Shown: in pieces, positions 19,458 through 28,372 of the stretch
How the letters are laid out: each line of letters starts with the position of its first letter
How positions within the stretch are numbered: position 1 is the stretch's first letter
DNA from: a virus
Lineage: Duplodnaviria; Caudoviricetes
IMG/VR virus record: IMGVR_UViG_3300025647_000002
Span: 1 to 57,671 of that record
Length of the DNA: 57,671 nucleotides
Strand: one strand, 5' to 3'
Notes under the pieces: generated by a model
The model's database searches: none
Told to the model about the DNA's origin: nothing
What the model saw: only the letters and a program-made list of their open reading frames with translations
Position numbers and translations under genes: made by a program

Positions 19458-21425
19458 TTAGCGGACCAGTGTCTGGTCAACCGGAGTCGCAATCAACTCC
19501 ACAGTTTCGTCACCCGTCGCTGGGTCTTTCGTAACGCTTTCAACATACACGAACTGCATCGGGGTGCCATTGATAACAGACTGAAACACCACCTGCCCAC
19601 TGGCTGTCTCTCCGACACGCGTGATCTGACCGTTATTTTCGTACCGGTCGATATCTGCTTGGTTGTTGGCTACGGCGATTTCACGCTCACCGCGGAGCAT
19701 CTCAGTGGTCTGCAATGTCCATAGTTCAGCGGCGCGATCACGTGCTGTCTGTGCGGTCAACTGTTGTTGCTCAATAAACCCACGGTCATATGTCGACTGC
19801 AGATTTGTAGCCATGTCGTCCCAAGTAAGGCGAGCTTCGCTTTGCCCATCAAGGAAGATTTCCACAGTGCCATCCGTATACGGCCGGACTTCCACCTGCT
19901 GGCCGGGGTAACGCTGCTGGAGTATCTGCTGCGCAGGCCCGAAGTTCTCCTGTTGGATACCGACGATAGCCTGCATACCGTCAAGGTACCGCTGTTCAAC
20001 GTCCAGCTCGTCAAGTTGCCCGAGCACGCCTGTAAGGCCCTGCAGATTGTTAGTCTGCTGGTAGTAGTTGGCCAAAAGGTCCAGCCGCTGCCGCTGCCGC
20101 GCAACAACTTCTGCATCCGCAAATATACGTTCTGGTGCCGCAACATATGCCTTGCTACCGTTACCCTGTGTCTCCCCAAACGTAAGTTGCACAGGCGTAC
20201 CGAAGTCGAGTTGAAGTCCACCATACGGTGTCTCTACCGCGGGCGCGGCTTCTTCTGCAGTTGTTGGCTGCTCGGCTGCCGCCGCTGCCGCGTTTGGGGG
20301 TTCAATACCGGTCTCCGCGCTGAGCGACTGACGCAACACGAAACCGACTGGGTCTGTTGCAGCCTGCGCAATCAGGTCTGGGTTATCGCGCAGGAGGCGT
20401 TCGTTCTCCGGGGCGTTGAACCACTGCGTGGCATTGCGCACGGCACTGCGCCGTGCAGATTCTTCTGGACTATCAGTGAAATAGCCGACTGCGCGTCCCA
20501 TAGGACTACCCATGGGGCCGAACTCACCTGTGGCCAACCCAACTTGGAGGCTGCTGATAGCACCTGCGATGTCGTTCTCGCGTAGGAGCCCCTGTACGTC
20601 CTGTGTAAATTGCGACGCTTGTGGGTCTACTTGGCGCGCACGGAACCCCGTATCTCCGGTCTGCGGTGCGGAACCCACGCCAGCTTGCTCGGTAAGCATT
20701 GAACGCAGCGCATCGTATTCACCCGTCGCTGGTAGCTCAGTACCGGAGCTAGCGTTGACGATGCGCCCGTCGGGGTAAATGTCGAACGGGATACCGCTAT
20801 ACTCCGCGCGTGTGGGTTGCCCTTGCGGGGTAGCAGCCTGTGCGGCCGGGGCCGGGATACCTGCAGCCTGTGGTGCCGGAGCCTGTACTGGCGATGCAGC
20901 AAAAGACAAACCTGCAGCACGCATCAGCCCGGGGTCTACCTGTCCAGCGCCATACCCCCCAGAGTATGTCCCGAGCACATCAGTGCCGAGGTCACCGGCA
21001 ACACTACTGACACCCCCGCCACCGCCTACTGTGCCCGGTGTTGGTACGGTGACAGTCCGCGAAGGCGGTGCAGCTGGTACCACGCTTGTGGGCGCAGCCG
21101 CAGGCGCACTTGCACCCGGAGTCCGAAGCCCAGCTATTAACTCCGATGTGGCTTGCCGTTGCTGACCTGCCCGCGCTGCGGCTTGCGCTGCCCGCGCTTG
21201 TTGCTGCCGCATTGCTTCTTGGCGCATCTCCAGCTCTGTCTGCGCACGTTTGTCGGCGTTCTGGGCAAGACGTGTTGTCTCCCCCCGAGCTGCCATAACG
21301 CTGCGCGCGTCCTGACGACCGAGGTTGGCCTGTAGACCAGCTTGGAACTGCTCGGCTACACCGCTGCGAGGAGGTGCGATACCGCTGACGGTGTAGCTAC
21401 CTTGGTTGAAGACGCTGGTCGCCAT
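19458..21425 (-). CDS. Putative internal virion/DNA ejection protein
   Basis: 655 aa, Ala/Gln/Gly-rich, directly upstream of the giant protein in podovirus-like synteny. Confidence 0.6.
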   Translation of the reverse strand: MATSVFNQGSYTVSGIAPPRSGVAEQFQAGLQANLGRQDARSVMAARGETTRLAQNADKRAQTELEMRQEAMRQQQARAAQAAARAGQQRQATSELIAGLRTPGASAPAAAPTSVVPAAPPSRTVTVPTPGTVGGGGGVSSVAGDLGTDVLGTYSGGYGAGQVDPGLMRAAGLSFAASPVQAPAPQAAGIPAPAAQAATPQGQPTRAEYSGIPFDIYPDGRIVNASSGTELPATGEYDALRSMLTEQAGVGSAPQTGDTGFRARQVDPQASQFTQDVQGLLRENDIAGAISSLQVGLATGEFGPMGSPMGRAVGYFTDSPEESARRSAVRNATQWFNAPENERLLRDNPDLIAQAATDPVGFVLRQSLSAETGIEPPNAAAAAAEQPTTAEEAAPAVETPYGGLQLDFGTPVQLTFGETQGNGSKAYVAAPERIFADAEVVARQRQRLDLLANYYQQTNNLQGLTGVLGQLDELDVEQRYLDGMQAIVGIQQENFGPAQQILQQRYPGQQVEVRPYTDGTVEIFLDGQSEARLTWDDMATNLQSTYDRGFIEQQQLTAQTARDRAAELWTLQTTEMLRGEREIAVANNQADIDRYENNGQITRVGETASGQVVFQSVINGTPMQFVYVESVTKDPATGDETVELIATPVDQTLVR

Positions 21426-21436
21426 GGTCGTATCCT

Positions 21437-22501
21437 TTACGCGATGTTGCCGTACATGCTCGAGTTGGTCGATTTATTCGAGTCGTTGTTTGAGGGTACG
21501 CCACCAAGTAAGTCGCCGGATGCGCGGGCTAGGTCCCGTGTATAGTCGTAGCGGCGGTCCTCTAGGCTTTGCCAGATCGGCATAGACAGTCCAGCGGCAC
21601 CCTGCGGTGCCTGCGATGGTAGCATACCGTACGCAGCTTGCGCAGTCTGGGTTTGCGCCTGTGTACCACGGGCTTCCTCTGCCGCAGCTGCGGTCGCACC
21701 TGTCTGCGAACTACGGATACCGGCTTGACGCCGTGCGTAAGCTGCCTCGTCGCTCCCCATGCCACGGGTGTTTTCAGCCAACTGCCGCTCAGTGGCGATC
21801 TTGGTCTGTGCAAACGCCTGCTCTGGGTTTGGTGCCTGTTGCCGCGCCATCTGCATCATCTCGTTTGCCTGCATAACCTTCTGGTCGAACAGCTCACGGT
21901 TTGTCTCAGCCAGCCCCTTGAGTTCTTCGAGGTTTGCCAGTTCTGCTGGGGTCAGTTCTTGTGGTGTCGCACCGTAAACAGTCATAGCCAGCTGAGCCAT
22001 ACCCGCTGGGTTGTTTAGGATACCGGTACCAATCTTGGACAAGAACCCGCCCACGCCGCCAGCGGCACCCGCTGTACCTGCCGCTGCACCTGTGGCCTGC
22101 GCCGCCGTCGTCGTAGCCCCGGGTAGGAGACTTGCTCCGCCCCCTTGACCCACCGTGAGACCTGCGCCGGTCGTTTGGCCGGTCGCAAGTGAGCCCGTAG
22201 AGGCTTGGCCCGGGAGTGTCTGGGCTCCACCGAACATATTATTGAACCCGCCACCGCCAGCGAACCCGCCGATACCGCCGAAGATAGCACCTCGAAGCGG
22301 GTCACCTCCGGTCGCAGCCGAAGAAAGTCCCCCTAGAGCTGCACCTGTGAGGGCTGATCCACCCGCGGTACCGAGAAACGTTCCGAAACCGGTACCAGCC
22401 AAGGCCGCACTTGCCCCCAGCGCGCCCGCAATCATTGGTGCTGCAAACGGGATAGCAATTGCAGCGACGATCCCGAGAACTTTTTTGATGCCTTTTGACA
22501 T
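21437..22501 (-). CDS. Putative DNA pilot/ejection protein
   Basis: Gly/Ala-rich hydrophobic N-terminus, coiled-coil C-terminus, GGAGG SD. Confidence 0.6.
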   Translation of the reverse strand: MSKGIKKVLGIVAAIAIPFAAPMIAGALGASAALAGTGFGTFLGTAGGSALTGAALGGLSSAATGGDPLRGAIFGGIGGFAGGGGFNNMFGGAQTLPGQASTGSLATGQTTGAGLTVGQGGGASLLPGATTTAAQATGAAAGTAGAAGGVGGFLSKIGTGILNNPAGMAQLAMTVYGATPQELTPAELANLEELKGLAETNRELFDQKVMQANEMMQMARQQAPNPEQAFAQTKIATERQLAENTRGMGSDEAAYARRQAGIRSSQTGATAAAAEEARGTQAQTQTAQAAYGMLPSQAPQGAAGLSMPIWQSLEDRRYDYTRDLARASGDLLGGVPSNNDSNKSTNSSMYGNIA

Positions 22502-22510
22502 AGTCGCCTC

Positions 22511-22948
22511 CTACAAAGCCATTCTGACTAGATGGCAAGCGCGGTCAAATCCGAACTTGCTGGTGTATATTTTTGCTAAGCGATCATTTGCATAAGCATC
22601 GAGAAACTCGCAACCGTTTACCTTTAACCAATCGAGGATCAGGTTCCAGTATGCGTTTTTGAATTGCATGAGGCGCTCGCCACCCATAGCGATGACGTCT
22701 GCGCCTTTGTGCCCGTTGGTATCATTGAACTGAATGGCTATGACAACTTTTACTTTACCATTATCGCGGCCCAGAAACAACACGCACATACCAGCCTGAG
22801 CCAGCTGCCGAATATCATCGGGGGTAATGTCCATGGAGCCGATGTCGTTGCTCTTACATGACGCATCGAGGATGGGTTCGATATCTGCCCACCCCTCATC
22901 CACCTGCTCCGGTGTTGCCATCTCAATGGTGAGTTTAGTCGTCATCAT
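22511..22948 (-). CDS. GNAT-fold-like protein preceding the ejection genes
   Basis: 145 aa with a VIAMGG...WLKVNGC...GF pattern at a position commonly held by acetyltransferase-like genes. Confidence 0.5.
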   Translation of the reverse strand: MMTTKLTIEMATPEQVDEGWADIEPILDASCKSNDIGSMDITPDDIRQLAQAGMCVLFLGRDNGKVKVVIAIQFNDTNGHKGADVIAMGGERLMQFKNAYWNLILDWLKVNGCEFLDAYANDRLAKIYTSKFGFDRACHLVRMAL

Positions 22949-23735
22949 CTGCCTTCTCAGCGTACTGCTCCAACATCCGATCGAAGAACTCGCGACCCTT
23001 CATATCGACCACCCGCTTGGGGATGACATATTCCCCGGTGTGGGCTTCGATCATGATAGGCTCACTGTTCTCGCCGCGTACGCGACCGCCGTCCTTGAGG
23101 GACTGTACGGGGGCTCCGGGCATCTGGGCCCCGGCCATAGCTGGGTTACCGCCAGCCATCATATCCTGCCCGCCTGCGTCCGCTTGCGCCGCGCGTGCTG
23201 CGATGAGGATCGCTACGATCAAACCTTGGTCGTATTGTGGCGACAAGTCCTGCTCGGTGGCGATGCCCTGCTGGATGGCGAACTGGCGAATCTGCGGGTA
23301 GAGTGCAGGGTTACGCATCACTGTCGTTGCCAACTGCACCATTATGTTCAGTTCTTGCTGTGTCAGCTCACCGGACATCATGGCTTCGCTGATAGCCTGC
23401 TTGATCTGCACAAGGACCTGCGGGTTCCGCGAAACCATGTCTTGAATCTGCATCTCCAACATGTCCGGGGACATAGGTTGTTGTGGATCAGCCTGCATCT
23501 GGAGTCCTGCGGGACGTAAGGGCTGGCCGTCGGGGCCAATCGCACCACCCATCTGGTAGGAAGGAGGCTGACCAAAACCGGCGGCCGGTGTCATACCCGA
23601 CAACGATGGCATTGCACCCGCAAGGCCACGGCCAGAAGCCATAACCGGCGGCGATGGTACTGTGGACATGAGCCCTTGTAGGACAGGTGGTACCGCGCTG
23701 CGCGGTTTCGTGTTGGCGGTAGGAGTGCGTGCCAT
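22935..23735 (-). CDS. Hypothetical structural-module protein
   Basis: Met/Gln-rich; YQMGG and LKDGG motifs; C-terminal AHTGEYVIPKRVV...G.EFFDRM motif. Confidence 0.65.
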   Translation of the reverse strand: MARTPTANTKPRSAVPPVLQGLMSTVPSPPVMASGRGLAGAMPSLSGMTPAAGFGQPPSYQMGGAIGPDGQPLRPAGLQMQADPQQPMSPDMLEMQIQDMVSRNPQVLVQIKQAISEAMMSGELTQQELNIMVQLATTVMRNPALYPQIRQFAIQQGIATEQDLSPQYDQGLIVAILIAARAAQADAGGQDMMAGGNPAMAGAQMPGAPVQSLKDGGRVRGENSEPIMIEAHTGEYVIPKRVVDMKGREFFDRMLEQYAEKADDDD

Positions 23736-23737
23736 GG

Positions 23738-24094
23738 TTATCCCCTCAGTTGCGTGATGAGCACTTCCACGGTCGCCCGTAGGTTAGCTACGTCGTTTGC
23801 AAGCGTTTGTATATCAGTAAGCGCTTGGTTGTAATCCTCAAGTATCGGGACATTCGCCCCGCCGAGTGTGACACCGCTGCCCTGTGCTTTTATACGGGCC
23901 AGCTGCTGTTCTGGTGGTACGGCCACGTTAAGACGGGACCGGTTTATCGCCACGCTGGCGAAATCAGGTTCACCGCGCGTGCCGGTCAACAGTTCGACAT
24001 TCTCTTTGAGCGCATTCAAAAGCTGCGACTGCCACTCCTCGACCCCAACAAGTGGGACCGTTGGTATTGCTGTATACCTAGTGCGTAATGCCAT
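23738..24094 (-). CDS. Hypothetical virion protein
   Basis: LKENVELLTGTRG, C-terminal coiled coil; coupled to the upstream tail gene. Confidence 0.65.
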   Translation of the reverse strand: MALRTRYTAIPTVPLVGVEEWQSQLLNALKENVELLTGTRGEPDFASVAINRSRLNVAVPPEQQLARIKAQGSGVTLGGANVPILEDYNQALTDIQTLANDVANLRATVEVLITQLRG

Positions 24095-26487
24095 CAGACG
24101 TCCCTCAAACCAGTGGGTGTCTCAGCTATACGTATAGCCCTAAGCCGTACAGAACCTTCGACGCCCACCTCGAATGTATCGGAACGGTAGCCGTGTGGCA
24201 AACGAAACACTTTGCGACTGTCAAGAAGTTGTGTCGCGACAAGCTCGCCGTCCACCCAAAACTTAAATACGATACCCCCGTCGGCATCCCACTTCAGGTC
24301 CGCAAGGTCCCAGCTCTCGGTTACATCATTCCATGCCGGTGAAACCGGCGCATAGTCTGCATCCACTTGTCCGGCCCCGATGTTGATCGGGTTCGGTGTC
24401 ATGATAACTTTGGACTTCCACTCGAAAGGCTGCGCTGGTTGGTCCAGATCGTCCCATAGGTACACATCACCGGTGGTTCCTGTTGCGTAGTACAGGTTGT
24501 TCGTAAGCGAATCGTACCAAGTGGCTTCAGGTTGCAGCGCCGTTGATAGATCGACGAAGAACCCGCCAACTTTATCATCCCGCTCGAAACTGATCCCGCC
24601 ACTAGAGTGCCATGCGAGGTACGTGTCTTTGTAGGCTGTACCTATGAGCGTGGATGGGTCGAGGTCTGCGTTCCATGTGTCACTGTTGTACAGCAAGCGT
24701 GTGGCCAGCTGGGGTCCAGTCGTGGTGGAGTACATAGCGAGCCCATCATGAGTTGTGTACATGACACCGAACCCCATGTTGGCGATGCTGCGTTTGTTTA
24801 GGCAGGGGTACTGGGCATCCACCCGCGTCAGCGCAAGTACAGCAGGGTCATTACCCTGTGCGAGATACGGATAGCTGTCGGTGGCGATAAGCAGGTACCC
24901 CGAGAACACTGTTAGCCCTACAATGTTGTAGGGGATTTCTTTCTTATATGTCCTTGGCCACGCGTGGTATTGGCCCGGCTCCGAGAAGTATATCTCGTTG
25001 CCCACGAAACCGACGAGGATATTGTTGTTGTACAGTGTGAGCCCCTTCAACCCAACGGGCGGGGGGACGTAGTCGTCTGTGACCAACGCGTTGAGGAGGC
25101 TTGCGACATTGAAGTCGTCGATAAAATCATAGGAGCCGTCACCCCAATACCGTGGTGTGCTCGTGCCGGGGTTCTCAGATATGTCGTGGTAGAGTGTGCC
25201 GCCAGTACCGCCGGAGCCAGTACCACCGGTGTATGTGAAGGTGAAATCATCCGTCACATCCGTGACCTCGCCGCCGGTCACGCCGGTGCTGATCTTGAAG
25301 TAGTTGCCGACTGACAGGTTATGAGGCTCCGCAGTCGTTACGGTGGTGCCAACCACGCTTACGACATCCACAGGGAACCACAACGTGGCGAGCCGCAGGT
25401 ATTCTGTGTCGGCCACAGTGGAGAGCGTACGGTACAGCCGGATACCACGGATAAAGTTATTGCCTGCAGGCCGCTCAATCGGCAGGTTCCCTACGGTGAC
25501 GACCTGCCCCTCTTTGATGTACAGTTCATCCGACGGCAGTGACCCGATGGATTCTTCTTCCCATGGTGTGAACCACGTGTAGAGATAGGTCCGCGCCTGC
25601 GTACTACCCGAAAGGTCTACACGACCCACGTCGCTTGTCGATGTACCGACCTGAAAACCCGGGCTGTTGTATGTGAACGTGTTGCTGCCAGTGACTGTCA
25701 CCTCGACCGATAACGCATTTAAGCTCGTGAGGTCCAGACGGACATTACCCGTAGTATCACCGGACTCCGGTGTCGTGATAGTAAACGTGTTGGTGGTAAT
25801 GGCCGTTATCGTGTAGATGTTGTCTTGATCGTCCGCCTCGCCAGATGTGAAGCGGAGCAGGACCCGCGCACCGACCGCGATGTTGTGGTCAGCGATCGTG
25901 ACTGTAACGGTCGTGTTTGTACGGGAGTATGTACCCGCAATATCGACGAATCCGCTGATCGAGACGAACGCTCCGCTCTTGAGTGTATGAGGCTCACTCG
26001 TCGTCATTGTGACGAGACCGCCGACATCACGCGCGTATGAGGCTGTCGTCTTGGTGGTGAACGTATCTGCCACAGCAGTCGGTGTCAGGTCTGGCAGTGG
26101 TAGCCCTAAGTCATACGACGTGCTTGGGTACGGTGGTACCCCCTTTATAGCCATAGCGTAGGTAGAGACCTTCGGTGCGCCGTCACCGGTGTAATAGAAC
26201 CGTTGCTCGTCGGCGTTGTCTGATCCGGCAGGCGTGGCGATATCCACATCCGTGTCCCAGACCATCCACTCAGGATCGCCGGTCGCAGGGTTGCGCAGAG
26301 CATACAGCGTCTGCGGCGCTACGCCGGTCAATCCATGGTTACCCACGACGGTAGGCCGGGGGTAAGGAATCAAGTCACCGGAATACAGTTTCACATTCGT
26401 CGCAACCTGCGCCGCTGTATCGGGTAGGAGCTCCGGCGCAATGCGTGGAGCCTTCCCTAGAAACTTCTGGAACTTGATCGCTGGCAT
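24094..26487 (-). CDS. Tail tubular/stabilisation (nozzle) protein
   Basis: 797 aa; FLGKAPRIAPELLP N-terminus, RTYLYTW..PWEEES, IRLYRT, YFSEP..HAWP, beta-propeller-like C-terminus. Confidence 0.75.
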   Translation of the reverse strand: MPAIKFQKFLGKAPRIAPELLPDTAAQVATNVKLYSGDLIPYPRPTVVGNHGLTGVAPQTLYALRNPATGDPEWMVWDTDVDIATPAGSDNADEQRFYYTGDGAPKVSTYAMAIKGVPPYPSTSYDLGLPLPDLTPTAVADTFTTKTTASYARDVGGLVTMTTSEPHTLKSGAFVSISGFVDIAGTYSRTNTTVTVTIADHNIAVGARVLLRFTSGEADDQDNIYTITAITTNTFTITTPESGDTTGNVRLDLTSLNALSVEVTVTGSNTFTYNSPGFQVGTSTSDVGRVDLSGSTQARTYLYTWFTPWEEESIGSLPSDELYIKEGQVVTVGNLPIERPAGNNFIRGIRLYRTLSTVADTEYLRLATLWFPVDVVSVVGTTVTTAEPHNLSVGNYFKISTGVTGGEVTDVTDDFTFTYTGGTGSGGTGGTLYHDISENPGTSTPRYWGDGSYDFIDDFNVASLLNALVTDDYVPPPVGLKGLTLYNNNILVGFVGNEIYFSEPGQYHAWPRTYKKEIPYNIVGLTVFSGYLLIATDSYPYLAQGNDPAVLALTRVDAQYPCLNKRSIANMGFGVMYTTHDGLAMYSTTTGPQLATRLLYNSDTWNADLDPSTLIGTAYKDTYLAWHSSGGISFERDDKVGGFFVDLSTALQPEATWYDSLTNNLYYATGTTGDVYLWDDLDQPAQPFEWKSKVIMTPNPINIGAGQVDADYAPVSPAWNDVTESWDLADLKWDADGGIVFKFWVDGELVATQLLDSRKVFRLPHGYRSDTFEVGVEGSVRLRAIRIAETPTGLRDV

Positions 26488-26619
26488 TTACTTCTTACCC
26501 ATCTTCTTCATGCACTTCCCGGCCGACTTACACTTCGCCGGGGTAGGGCAGTTGGTACAAGGTTTGAACACCATACCGCCTTTTTTGTAGGTCATTGGCT
26601 TTTTCTTAGTCATTGACAT
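26488..26619 (-). CDS. Small basic Cys-rich protein
   Basis: MSMTKKKPMTYKKGGMVFKPCTNCPTPAKCKSAGKCMKKMGKK after GAGGGA. Confidence 0.55.
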   Translation of the reverse strand: MSMTKKKPMTYKKGGMVFKPCTNCPTPAKCKSAGKCMKKMGKK

Positions 26620-26807
26620 AGTCTGTCCCTCACTTCGTTGTGTGTCGTCACATCGACCAGCAGCTGCCGGTCGTTCTCGATTAACCAATCGACGCTACTC
26701 TGACTGCCGAGCGGTATGGTGCGTGTCCAGTCGCACTCAGGGCTTCTTAGACACCCACTTAGAAGCGCGATCAGCGAGACCGTTATTATCAAGCGCACCG
26801 ACCTCAT
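26610..26807 (-). CDS. o-spanin (Rz1-like lipoprotein)
   Basis: GAGGAGG SD; signal peptide with lipobox LSGC; overlaps the 3' end of the i-spanin candidate in another frame. Confidence 0.75.
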   Translation of the reverse strand: MRSVRLIITVSLIALLSGCLRSPECDWTRTIPLGSQSSVDWLIENDRQLLVDVTTHNEVRDRLCQ

Positions 26808-26955
26808 CCCGCACCTCCTCTGCTGTTTCCATATCTTTCAACCGCTGTTCAAAACGCTTGGCCTTGTCACCGTTGGAGTGGGAGCGGTACCCGAAGAAGT
26901 ACATCACCAGTCCGCTCAGCAGGCCGACCACGAGCGGCAGGATTGCATCAGTCAT
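26737..26955 (-). CDS. i-spanin (Rz-like)
   Basis: N-terminal transmembrane helix then a charged helix; directly after the endolysin. Confidence 0.65.
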   Translation of the reverse strand: MTDAILPLVVGLLSGLVMYFFGYRSHSNGDKAKRFEQRLKDMETAEEVRDEVGALDNNGLADRASKWVSKKP

Positions 26956-27584
26956 TTGCGGCTCCGTCTATACAAGAGGTATCCGATCAGCGTCGCGGCG
27001 ACAATCAGTGCAACAACCTGTGCGGCCGGGGCCAAGGTCCCCAGCAGGGAACTGGCGGCAGGAATGTGTTCTGCCGCGACGGCAATACCACCGGCAACAC
27101 CGACTCCTGCCGCGGCCTGTGCCTCTTTGTCCTCGGTTAGTGTTTCTGGCTGGCGTGGCGGCTCGATAGGCCACTCGGTTTTGCTATCTGGCCAAGGCTT
27201 TCCCCAACTGCGTGCGGGCCCTGTGTCGATGTGCATGAAGCCTGATTTGGGGTAGTACCCAAAGCCAGTGAACCCGACAGCCCGCGCTGCCTGCTCGAAC
27301 TTGTGCGGATCGTGGTTGTCCATCCGCACGTCGAAGGCGATCGCCTCCATGTGCTTGGATGCCTTAGCGCCCCCAACCGCGCGGTTGTGCTCCGGCGAGC
27401 GGTACGCTGATGTGATAATGAGGGGCTTACCCAGCATGTCGCGGAGAGCTTGCAGCTTGTCCATCGCATTTCCGTCGACGACCAGCTTACCGGTACCTTT
27501 ACAGGCCATCTCGCGCGGGCTGAATGACAGCCAAGTCCAGACCGATTCTGGAACTGCCTTGTAATTTGTAAATGAGCGTTTCAT
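26952..27584 (-). CDS. Endolysin, peptidase M15A family, with hydrophobic C-terminal segments
   Basis: ITSAYRSPEHNRAVGGAKASKHM..AFD and FMHIDTG zinc-peptidase motifs. Confidence 0.88.
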   Translation of the reverse strand: MKRSFTNYKAVPESVWTWLSFSPREMACKGTGKLVVDGNAMDKLQALRDMLGKPLIITSAYRSPEHNRAVGGAKASKHMEAIAFDVRMDNHDPHKFEQAARAVGFTGFGYYPKSGFMHIDTGPARSWGKPWPDSKTEWPIEPPRQPETLTEDKEAQAAAGVGVAGGIAVAAEHIPAASSLLGTLAPAAQVVALIVAATLIGYLLYRRSRK

Positions 27585-27585
27585 A

Positions 27586-27810
27586 TCACTTCCTCATGTG
27601 CCGCTCGATATTATCGAGCTTCTCTAGTACAGTCTTGAAGCTGTCCTTCACTTCTTTGTACTCGCGATCGTGCGCCTCTTTGTTCGCAGCTTGCGTAGCT
27701 TTTAGCACCGCAATATCTGTTATGTTGGTCTGCGTCTTGCTGTGTAGTACCCATACAAAAGCTGCCACAGGTGCAACAATCCACTGCATGATGGTGTTAA
27801 TAACGTCCAT
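27586..27810 (-). CDS. Putative holin/membrane protein
   Basis: One N-terminal transmembrane helix (WIVAPVAAFVWVL) plus coiled coil, immediately upstream of the endolysin. Confidence 0.5.
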   Translation of the reverse strand: MDVINTIMQWIVAPVAAFVWVLHSKTQTNITDIAVLKATQAANKEAHDREYKEVKDSFKTVLEKLDNIERHMRK

Positions 27811-28312
27811 CTGTACGCTCCTTTATCTCGTCCATGATAGCCAAAAGGCACCCGAACGTCTCCCGCGCTGACGGCGTAAAGTGGACTTGGGTCCTAGCCT
27901 GCGCAATCCAGTCTTTGGCTTTTGCGCTTTCTATATATGAAATGTGTCCGCACGGCAGGCCGCGCTTCACCAAAATGGGGGCCATCACGCGGCCGCCCGA
28001 CCGGTGCGCGCCGTGCAGTACGTAGGCCGCGCCAGTCACGTCATGCCCCACAAGGCTGGCCGCAAAGGTCAGGGCCGCCGCACTGGGACGGGCCGCGGGC
28101 AGGACAGAGAGGTCCGCATTGAGCAGTCCGTCACGCGCCATGTGCGCCGGTAGCGATTGGTCCACCACGCTGTGCAGGCAGCGAAAAGCCCATAACCAGT
28201 CCGCCCATTCCTGCGGGGTGACGTTACCCTTGGACATGCGCCCGCCGACCGGGTGTTCCTCGCAGGCGTGGTGCATGTCCTTGGTCGCGTCGTATAGCGT
28301 CGTCATACCCAT
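27797..28312 (-). CDS. Heme oxygenase-like protein
   Basis: LYDATKDMHHACE resembles the proximal-His helix; GAAYVLHGAHRSGG resembles the distal helix of HemO/HO-1. Confidence 0.65.
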   Translation of the reverse strand: MGMTTLYDATKDMHHACEEHPVGGRMSKGNVTPQEWADWLWAFRCLHSVVDQSLPAHMARDGLLNADLSVLPAARPSAAALTFAASLVGHDVTGAAYVLHGAHRSGGRVMAPILVKRGLPCGHISYIESAKAKDWIAQARTQVHFTPSARETFGCLLAIMDEIKERTDGRY

Positions 28313-28372
28313 GGTTTCCTTTTAGGCGAGTTTGTAGGTCATAAAGTGTTCCTTACATTTTACATCGTATAT

